IMG/VR virus record: IMGVR_UViG_3300017987_000009
Coordinates: 1 to 64,000 of that record
Source of the DNA: a virus
Strand: one strand, 5' to 3'
Length of the DNA stretch: 64,000 bases
Program-made: the position numbers and the translations under genes
Shown: in pieces, positions 27,296-34,648 of the stretch
Position numbering within the stretch: position 1 is the first letter of the stretch
How the letters are laid out: every line of letters begins with the position of its first letter
Notes under the pieces: generated by a model
Told to the model about the DNA's origin: nothing
Databases searched by the model: none
Seen by the model: only the letters and a program-made list of their open reading frames with translations

Positions 27296-29521
27296 ATGGG
27301 GCAGATTGAGATTCCCTCGTTCGACTGGTCGGCCTACTACTACGGCGAGATCCTCGAGGCGCTGCTGGCCTTCAAGCGCGTTCACGCGCCGGAGTTCACC
27401 GACGAGTCGCCGCAGGACCCGCTGATCCAGGCGCTGCGCGCCTACGCCTGTGTCGGCCACCTGAACAGCTGCGACCTCGACGTGCTCGGCAACGAGAACA
27501 CGCTGCCGACCTCGCGGCTCCCCGAGAACGTCCGGAACATGCTGCGGCTGATCGACTACGAGATGGCGTCGGCGTCGCCGTCGGAGGCCGACGTGGTGCT
27601 CAAACTGCGGGCCGCGCTCGCGGCCGCGACCACTGTCGTGTTCGAGCGGTCGCAGGTGTCGACCAGGCGGACGGCGGACGAGGCCGCGGTCGTGTTCGAG
27701 GTGCTGGAGGAGCTGGCCGCGACGCGCAGCGACCTCGGGCACATCACGAAAGTGCTGGCGCTGTACAACGTGACGTCGGCTTTCACCGACTACACGGCGG
27801 AGGCGAACAGCGCGCCGGGAGACGACTTCGCCCCCTGGCCGGCCCCGCCGGACGGCGGCGACATGCTGTACATCGGGCACGCCGACGTGATGTTCGACCA
27901 GATCGGCGTGGAGCTGGACACGAACGGCGACGACTACGACGGGCGCTGGGAGTACTACAACGGCGAGGTCCTAGACGGGAAGCCCGACTCTGTCGAGCGG
28001 GTCGGCTCGACGCTTCGCTTCGTCGTGAACGGGGTGGTCGGGGTGTCGGAGGCGCTGGGGCTGGTCGTGCGCGTGCAGCTCGACAAGACCGGCGCGTACG
28101 AGGACTGCGTCTCGCAGTGGGGCGATCTCGGATCCGGCGACGTGAACTACATTGTCACCTCCACCCTGCTCGGGCAGACGATCGGCGAGGCCGACCTGAC
28201 GAGCGTCGCGGACTACACGGTCGGCAGCGAGTGGAACGAGGTGCCCGACCTCGACGACGGGACCGACGCCGGGACCGGCGGGATGCAGACGCCCCTAAGC
28301 CAGCCGGGCGACGTCAAGTTCTCGCTGCCCGAGTCGCTGGTCGACAAGTGGCAGAAGACCACGATTGAGGAGGTCGAGGCGTACTGGGTCAGGATGCGCG
28401 TCGTCGCGAACGGAACACCGACCACCCCGGTCATCGACAGGCTGCGGATCGACCAGGGCGGACAGTACGTCAAGACGACCGCGGTGCAGGGTCAGACGCA
28501 GAACGACCCGAACCTCGGGACGGCGGACGGAGTCACGCCGAACCAGTCGTTCGAGACCACGCGCGACGGCTTCATCGACGGCAGCGAGACGGTCACGGTC
28601 GGCGGCACCGTGTGGACGCGCGTGTCGAACTTCCTGCAGAGCAAGCCGACAGACCGGCACTACAAGGTCGCCCTCGGCGAGCGCGACCGCGCGTCCTACA
28701 AGTTCGGCAACGGCGTGAACGGCGCGATCCCGTCCGGCCAAGTCGCGTCGGTCTATCGGTACGGCGTCGAGACCGACGGCAACGTGGGCGCGGGAACAAT
28801 CACGCAGGACAAGTCGGGGCTGGCGAGCGTAGCCTCGCTCTGGAACCCGCGGCCGGCGGTCGGCTGGCAGCAGGCGGAGAGCGCGACGGAGGCGACGCGC
28901 GAGCGCGCCAAGGTTGCGGGGCCGGCGTCCCTGCGGTCGGGCGAGGTCGCGCTGGGGCCGGAGGACGTCGAGGACTTCACGGTCAACAGGTACACCGACC
29001 CCGACACTGGCGCCAAGCCGTTCACCCGCTCGACCGTGATCGAGGGGTCCTTCGGCCCGAAGACGATGGAGAACGTGGTGGTCGGCGCGGGCGGGAACCC
29101 TGCGACTGCGGCGCAGCTGGCCGCCCTCGACCTGTGGCTCAACGGCGACAAGTACGCATCGCCGCCAGTGCGCAGCCGGGTGGTCGCCAACCAGGAAGTG
29201 ACGTCGACGAACTTCGCGCCGCGGACGATCGGCGTGCGGGCCGACGTCTACGGCGCGAGCAGCACGAGCGCGATCGAAGACGCGCTCGAGGCGCTGCTCC
29301 AGCCAGAGACCAGGCAGGAGGACGGCGTCAGCTTCGAGTGGGAGTTCGGCGGCGACATATTCCTGAGTCGCATAACGCACGAGATATTCGCGGCCGACCC
29401 CGGCGTGACGCGAGTCGAGAACCTCGAGCTCCACGACGGCACGAGCTGGGTAGCGGCCAACGTACCGCTTGGCAGCCGCGAGCTCCCGGTGGCCGGGACT
29501 GTCACCATCACGGCGGCGTAG
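27296..29521 (+). CDS. Baseplate J-like wedge protein
   Basis: PEFTDESPQDP..LIDY, LGTADG.PNQSF, YKFGNGVNGAIP, GNVGAGTI. Confidence 0.88.
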   Translation: MGQIEIPSFDWSAYYYGEILEALLAFKRVHAPEFTDESPQDPLIQALRAYACVGHLNSCDLDVLGNENTLPTSRLPENVRNMLRLIDYEMASASPSEADVVLKLRAALAAATTVVFERSQVSTRRTADEAAVVFEVLEELAATRSDLGHITKVLALYNVTSAFTDYTAEANSAPGDDFAPWPAPPDGGDMLYIGHADVMFDQIGVELDTNGDDYDGRWEYYNGEVLDGKPDSVERVGSTLRFVVNGVVGVSEALGLVVRVQLDKTGAYEDCVSQWGDLGSGDVNYIVTSTLLGQTIGEADLTSVADYTVGSEWNEVPDLDDGTDAGTGGMQTPLSQPGDVKFSLPESLVDKWQKTTIEEVEAYWVRMRVVANGTPTTPVIDRLRIDQGGQYVKTTAVQGQTQNDPNLGTADGVTPNQSFETTRDGFIDGSETVTVGGTVWTRVSNFLQSKPTDRHYKVALGERDRASYKFGNGVNGAIPSGQVASVYRYGVETDGNVGAGTITQDKSGLASVASLWNPRPAVGWQQAESATEATRERAKVAGPASLRSGEVALGPEDVEDFTVNRYTDPDTGAKPFTRSTVIEGSFGPKTMENVVVGAGGNPATAAQLAALDLWLNGDKYASPPVRSRVVANQEVTSTNFAPRTIGVRADVYGASSTSAIEDALEALLQPETRQEDGVSFEWEFGGDIFLSRITHEIFAADPGVTRVENLELHDGTSWVAANVPLGSRELPVAGTVTITAA

Positions 29522-29524
29522 GCG

Positions 29525-30691
29525 ATGACCGTACCCCGAGACATCTACGACTTCTTCATCGAGCCGATCCGGCGCGAGGACCAGCGCAAGGGGCACCAGT
29601 TCCTGCAGCGTTACCTGCGCGGGCACCAGCACGTGTGGGAGACGCTGCACGAGAAGATCCACTCGGTCACGGACCTCTGGTCGGTCGAGGACTGCCCGGA
29701 CGAGCAGCTGAAGTACTTGAAGTGGATCGTCGGCTGGACGAGCGCGCTCGACTACGTCACGCGGGAGCTAGGCTTCGACGAGCTGCGCCGGCTGATCTCG
29801 ATCTCCGGCCGGCTGTGGAAGGAGCGCGGCGCGGAGAGCGCGATCGTGGACGTGATGTTCTTCGCCACCGGGGCGCGCAACCGGACGTGGAACTGGTTCG
29901 ACTTCCGCTGGATCGTCGGCGAGACGTCGCTCGCGGAGGACCACCAGGGGTGGGACCCTTGGATCGTCGGCACGGACGAGGAGACGGAGTCCAACCTTCG
30001 CATCGTCGACGATGGCGCGCTGAACCGCGCCCTTGTGGCCAACCTCCTCAAGCTCATGCGGGCGGCTAACGAGAAGTGGGAGATCACGTACCTGCACTTC
30101 CTCGACCAGTTCCTGCAGGACGGCGACATTACCCAGTGGCGTGTCGACGCGACCGACTGCCCGACGCTCGCCGTAGAGGGCGGCGTCATGTCTATGACCG
30201 ACAGCTCCCAGGTCGAGCGGACACGCGCCGCCGCCGGGACGTTCGGCAACGAGTTCTCCGCGTTCTTCCGACTACGCGGCGTCGGCAACACGACCAAAGG
30301 CTTCGGCTTCGAGTGGAATGTGGACCCGACGTCCGGGGTCGGGCGGTACTTCGCGCGCTGCGCGCCGGGGTCGAAGAAGATCAGCTTCTACTACATGAGC
30401 GGGGCGACGCCGGTCTGGTTCGGCGAGGCGAACCTGGCCGGGGAGGCGTACTACGGCCGCGTCTGGTACGGCTACCGCGTCACCTCCACGATCGAGGAGA
30501 CGACGAAGCGGCGCTTCCGGGTCTACCTGGACGGGTCGCTCGTGTTCTCGTTCCTCTGGACTACCGCGCCTCACTCGGGCGGCACAATCGGTGTCTTCCA
30601 CGAGGACGCTACCAACCGTTACGTGGAGTGCAGCGAGGCGGAGGTGGCGAGGCTGCCCGCCGACTACGACTACATCGGCATCAACCCGTAG
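29525..30691 (+). CDS. Baseplate wedge protein (P2 gpI-like) with C-terminal beta-sandwich
   Basis: CPDEQLKYLKWIVGW..RRLI..LWKERG; lectin-like FRVYLDG..GGTIGV tail. Confidence 0.78.
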   Translation: MTVPRDIYDFFIEPIRREDQRKGHQFLQRYLRGHQHVWETLHEKIHSVTDLWSVEDCPDEQLKYLKWIVGWTSALDYVTRELGFDELRRLISISGRLWKERGAESAIVDVMFFATGARNRTWNWFDFRWIVGETSLAEDHQGWDPWIVGTDEETESNLRIVDDGALNRALVANLLKLMRAANEKWEITYLHFLDQFLQDGDITQWRVDATDCPTLAVEGGVMSMTDSSQVERTRAAAGTFGNEFSAFFRLRGVGNTTKGFGFEWNVDPTSGVGRYFARCAPGSKKISFYYMSGATPVWFGEANLAGEAYYGRVWYGYRVTSTIEETTKRRFRVYLDGSLVFSFLWTTAPHSGGTIGVFHEDATNRYVECSEAEVARLPADYDYIGINP

Positions 30692-30700
30692 GAGACGACG

Positions 30701-32575
30701 ATGGCGACAAAGAATGAGTACACCAATATAATCCTCAAGCGGCTGCTCGATTGGGACCACCTCGGGGCCTACCTCTTCGACTACATGATGGACGAGCTGC
30801 GCGCCGCCTTCGCTCGCGTCTACGACAAGGACGGCACGTTCGGCAGCACGAAAGTCACGATCGCGGCGAGCGGCAACGATGAGTTCGATCTGTCGTCGCA
30901 GCAAGGGACCGACGGGCGAGGCTGGTTCCTGGAGAGCGGGCTGCTGTACAGCTCGGTCGACTACGAGCAGAACGTGCCGTTCGAGAATACCAACACCGTC
31001 ATCTATGACATCGGCCTTCGGCGCGCCCTTGTGCCCATCGGCGTTCACAACGGCTCGCGCTCTGGCGTGCCGGAGTACAAGCGGTGGCAGGAGCGCATCG
31101 GGAAAGTCGGAACCCCCGACAGCATTGGCACCGGTCTCTCGTCCAACGTGTACCTCAACCTCCCCGCCTCCATCTGCGACAACGACCGCACGCACGCTGG
31201 CCGGAAGGTCTTGGCGTGGAAGGTCGACCCGCTGTCGAGCGAGGAGGCCGTCGCGATCCAGTTGCTCACCGTCGAGTTCACGGGCAGCGTGAACCGCGTT
31301 CTTTCCAACGACTTCTTCGGAGGCGACTCGAAGGACTCCACGGCCGCGAACTACCGCGTCTGCCTTCTCGGCCCGCGCGTGACGCGGCAGAGCGAGACGC
31401 CGCTCCAGAGCGAAAGCAACACGTGGTATGTGGGGCAGATCGTCGGCGCCGGGGCTGGCAACCCGCCGACAAGCCCTTCGGTGGCAAACCAGCGGTTGAT
31501 CGAGTACTCGCTCTCCGACTGGATCGCGCAAGTGGACACGAACAAAGCGCTGTCCGAGGGGAACTTCGGCGTGCGGCAAGCGGCGTCGATCGGCAACTGG
31601 TTCCTCGGCGCCGAGGCCGCGTCCGGCGGCGACTACAGCGCGAACGACGCGGCGGGTGGTCGCACCGGTAGCGCCACGACCGCTGGCGGGACTTACTGGG
31701 TCGTCGTCGGCGACGACGACGGGTCGGACGCTTTGTTGTTTTACTCGAACCGCGGACGCGAGTGGACGGAGAAGGCGAACCCGAAGGCGTACGACCTCAA
31801 CGGCGTCGTCTACGATCCCTCCAACGACATCTGGATTTCCGTTGGCGACGCAGACGGCGCCGACGCTTACATCATCACATGTCCGTCGTCGCCGAACCAG
31901 ACGTGGACCGAGCGCGCGAACGCCAAGAACGTGTCCCTGAACAAGATCGCCACGGACGGTTCGGGCACCTCGATCGCGGTCGGCGCGAACGACGGTTCGG
32001 ACGTCTACGCGTTGAAGACGACGAACGGCACCTCGTTCAGCGAGCTGTCCCTCGGCGGCTCTGGAGACGTCGGCAACGACATTGCCTACGGCGAGCCGGG
32101 CGGCGTGCCGACCTGGGTGGTCTGCGGGCGGAACGGTTCGACGCCGAAAGTTTGGTACAGCATTGACGGCGGTTCGTCCTGGAGCTCGGCTACCGTGCCG
32201 GGGTCCTTCGCCGACCCGTGCAAGACCATTGCCTGGAACGGGCGCAAGTTCGTGGTCGGCGGCGACAGCGGCGACATGATGAATAGCGCCGACGGGCAGA
32301 CTTGGGCGTTCATCCACGACCAGTGGGGCGACCTCAACAACGTCGAGGGCGACACGCTGAACCATGTATTCCTCGGATCGACCGGTGCGCAGTTCTTCGC
32401 CTCGCTTGACGACGGCGACACCTGGCAACGCTTGCCGCACTATCCGCATCGGGCGGGCGACGAGACGAATGCCCCGGCGCGCGTGGCGCATGACGGCTAC
32501 GCGTGGCTCGGCTACGAGGTGGACTTTACCGACGACAAGCTCTGGACGGCGTTCTCGGGCAACACGAACTTCTAA
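30701..32575 (+). CDS. Tail fibre / receptor-binding protein with BNR/Asp-box beta-propeller
   Basis: YSIDGGSSW, SADGQTW and SLDDGDTW Asp-box-like repeats; last baseplate gene; lower GC. Confidence 0.72.
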   Translation: MATKNEYTNIILKRLLDWDHLGAYLFDYMMDELRAAFARVYDKDGTFGSTKVTIAASGNDEFDLSSQQGTDGRGWFLESGLLYSSVDYEQNVPFENTNTVIYDIGLRRALVPIGVHNGSRSGVPEYKRWQERIGKVGTPDSIGTGLSSNVYLNLPASICDNDRTHAGRKVLAWKVDPLSSEEAVAIQLLTVEFTGSVNRVLSNDFFGGDSKDSTAANYRVCLLGPRVTRQSETPLQSESNTWYVGQIVGAGAGNPPTSPSVANQRLIEYSLSDWIAQVDTNKALSEGNFGVRQAASIGNWFLGAEAASGGDYSANDAAGGRTGSATTAGGTYWVVVGDDDGSDALLFYSNRGREWTEKANPKAYDLNGVVYDPSNDIWISVGDADGADAYIITCPSSPNQTWTERANAKNVSLNKIATDGSGTSIAVGANDGSDVYALKTTNGTSFSELSLGGSGDVGNDIAYGEPGGVPTWVVCGRNGSTPKVWYSIDGGSSWSSATVPGSFADPCKTIAWNGRKFVVGGDSGDMMNSADGQTWAFIHDQWGDLNNVEGDTLNHVFLGSTGAQFFASLDDGDTWQRLPHYPHRAGDETNAPARVAHDGYAWLGYEVDFTDDKLWTAFSGNTNF

Positions 32576-32592
32576 CTCGGCAAGGAGGCTTC

Positions 32593-33258
32593 ATGAGCAA
32601 CGCGATCATAGTCAACGGGAAGTGCTATCCGGTGAACGTGCCGGTGAAGCTGTGGGACGAGACGGGGCTGGAGGTCGTACCGTGGCGCGGCGCCCGCAAA
32701 CGCCGTCGCTCGATCACCGTCGGCGTATGGCATTGGACCGGCGGGGAAGGAGGAGCGGCCGGACTGTTCCGCGTCCTTCGCAACAAGGGGTACGGCGTCG
32801 AGTTCTACATCGACCAAGCGGGAACCATCTGGCAGTTCTGCGATCCCGCGCTCGTCGACACCTTCGATGCTGGGTGGATGAACTCACGCTCGTTCGGCGT
32901 GGAGATCGCCAACTACGGCTTCCGACGTCGCGGCGTGCTGCCGCCGAAGAGGGGACGAGGGCGCCCGACCTACCTCTGCAAGCTCAACGGACGGCGCCGG
33001 GAGTTCGCCCACTTCTGGCCTGCGCAGTTCGCCGCCGCGATGGCGCTGGCCGACGCGATGTCCAACGCGTGTCCGGTGCCGCGCAGCGTGCCGACGATCG
33101 GCGGGCAGGTGGTCAACCCGAACACCCTCGAACCGGAGGAGGCGCAGCACTTCGCCGGACACCTCGGCCACTTCCACATCACCAAGCGCAAGAGCGATCC
33201 GGGCCTTGACCTGCTCTCGATGTTCGCCGCGCAGTTCGCCCAGACCATTAGGAGCTGA
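32593..33258 (+). CDS. Endolysin, N-acetylmuramoyl-L-alanine amidase (Amidase_2)
   Basis: VWHWT, FYIDQAGTIWQ, NSRSFGVEIAN, GHFH..KSDPG; SD AAGGAGG + ATG 32593. Confidence 0.88.
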   Translation: MSNAIIVNGKCYPVNVPVKLWDETGLEVVPWRGARKRRRSITVGVWHWTGGEGGAAGLFRVLRNKGYGVEFYIDQAGTIWQFCDPALVDTFDAGWMNSRSFGVEIANYGFRRRGVLPPKRGRGRPTYLCKLNGRRREFAHFWPAQFAAAMALADAMSNACPVPRSVPTIGGQVVNPNTLEPEEAQHFAGHLGHFHITKRKSDPGLDLLSMFAAQFAQTIRS

Positions 33259-33289
33259 CGCTCCTGTGTGGTAGCCTGACGAGGAGAGG

Positions 33290-33568
33290 TTGCACGTGAA
33301 ACGACCTGACTTCAGCGCGCTGCGTGGCCTGCTCGACCGCGTCCTCGAGAGGTGGGACAAGGCGAAGGCGGAGCGCCGCAAGAAGGAGGAGCTGAGGCGT
33401 CGCGCGGACGAGATCCTCGCCAAGCACGAGGCGGCGCTGAGAGCCGGGGTCCTGGGCGCGCGCGACCGGCTGGAGCTGGCGGACATCATGCGGGTCAAGG
33501 ACGTCGACGAGCGGCGGCGCAGGCTGGTCGAGTTCGACGAGCGCGGGCGCCGCCCCCGTCCGAGGTGA
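33290..33568 (+). CDS. Hypothetical helical protein in the lysis region
   Basis: SD GAGGAGAGG; GC3-rich codons. Confidence 0.6.
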   Translation: MHVKRPDFSALRGLLDRVLERWDKAKAERRKKEELRRRADEILAKHEAALRAGVLGARDRLELADIMRVKDVDERRRRLVEFDERGRRPRPR

Positions 33569-33587
33569 CAAGTCGGGAGGTGTAGTT

Positions 33588-34100
33588 ATGTTGGGCACTA
33601 TGTCGCACGCGAAGAGGGCGGCCCTCGTTCTCCTGCTGTACGTGGTTGTGACAACGCTCGCCAGCTGGTCGATCCTGGCCATGTCGGCCCGGGCCCAGCC
33701 CGCCGCCGGCGGGGAGCCCGCGGCGGGAGTCGAGGCGGACGGCGGTTCTGCCGCGACGGAGGCGCCAGGCGGGCCCAGGACGCCCGCCGCCGGCGGAGGC
33801 GACGGACCGCTCGTCGTCGTCGCCCGCGGCGACACGGCGCCGTTTGGCGGCCTCCTGCTGCGCGACGAGAGGTACGCCGAGCTGAAGGACGCCGAGCTGC
33901 TGGTGAACGACGCCGAGTTCCGGGCGCGGCAAGCGGCCAGGGCGCAGGCGGACCTCGAGAAGGTCCTGAGCGCGTGCCTCCAGGTGGAGGAGGAGTCGTT
34001 CTTCGGACCGAGCTTCTGGATCGGGACCGCGGTCGGGGTCGTGGCCGCGGTCGCCGTCGGCTGGCTCGGCTTCAAGATCCTCGACGACGAAGGAGGCTAA
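33588..34100 (+). CDS. Membrane protein with N- and C-terminal hydrophobic segments (lysis accessory candidate)
   Basis: Hydrophobic ALVLLLYVVVTTLASWSILAM and FWIGTAVGVVAAVAVGWLGF flanking a coiled region. Confidence 0.65.
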   Translation: MLGTMSHAKRAALVLLLYVVVTTLASWSILAMSARAQPAAGGEPAAGVEADGGSAATEAPGGPRTPAAGGGDGPLVVVARGDTAPFGGLLLRDERYAELKDAELLVNDAEFRARQAARAQADLEKVLSACLQVEEESFFGPSFWIGTAVGVVAAVAVGWLGFKILDDEGG

Positions 34101-34103
34101 CCG

Positions 34104-34595
34104 ATGCCCGCGCACGACTCGCAGTACCCGGACGAGCACAAGCCGCGGTCGTTCCGCGTGGACCCGTCCGGCATCTCCATGAACTGGCGGTACACGTCGG
34201 TGGCCGTCGGGGCGATCTTCGCCGCGTTCGCCGGGACCGGCGGCTACGCCTCCTTCCGGCTGGTGACCGAGGCGCAAGTGAACCAGAAGATCGTCGCCAG
34301 CGAGAGCAGGACCACCAGGGAGGTCAAGGCGGTGGACGACAAGGTCGAGGTGCTCAAGACCGAGATCAGCGGGCCCGCCGGGCTGAAGGCGACGATCGGC
34401 GACCTGCAGCACGTCCAGCACAGCGACATCGCGATCCGCGAGGCAAGGCGCGTGGTCGACGAGGAGGTCGCGTGCCGGCGCAACGACGACGAGTGCCAGG
34501 AGCGGAAGGACTACCAGCGGGAGCGGCTGCGCCGGACGAACATGGAGCGGCTGAAGAACAAGCGGGAGCCGTGCGCCTCGCTCGTATGCGACTGA
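34104..34595 (+). CDS. Membrane-anchored coiled-coil protein (holin/spanin candidate)
   Basis: One hydrophobic segment then a coiled coil with Cys pairs; SD AAGGAGG. Confidence 0.6.
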   Translation: MPAHDSQYPDEHKPRSFRVDPSGISMNWRYTSVAVGAIFAAFAGTGGYASFRLVTEAQVNQKIVASESRTTREVKAVDDKVEVLKTEISGPAGLKATIGDLQHVQHSDIAIREARRVVDEEVACRRNDDECQERKDYQRERLRRTNMERLKNKREPCASLVCD

Positions 34596-34627
34596 GCGCG
34601 GGGAACCGGGTGTCCTGACGCCGGAGT

Positions 34628-34646
34628 TCCGGGTACAATACCCGGA
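34628..34646 (+). promoter_or_regulatory. -10-like TACAAT embedded in an inverted repeat before the helicase gene
   Basis: TCCGGGTA-CAA-TACCCGGA; TACAAT at 34634-34639, ATG at 34649, no SD. Confidence 0.45.
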
Positions 34647-34648
34647 CG

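Noticed and set aside
16259-30691. Extracellular contractile injection system or tailocin
   Set aside because: Baseplate genes are similar, but capsid, scaffold, protease and replication genes show a complete phage.
30701-32575. Diversity-generating retroelement targeting a fibre gene
   Set aside because: No reverse transcriptase and no TR/VR repeat pair seen.
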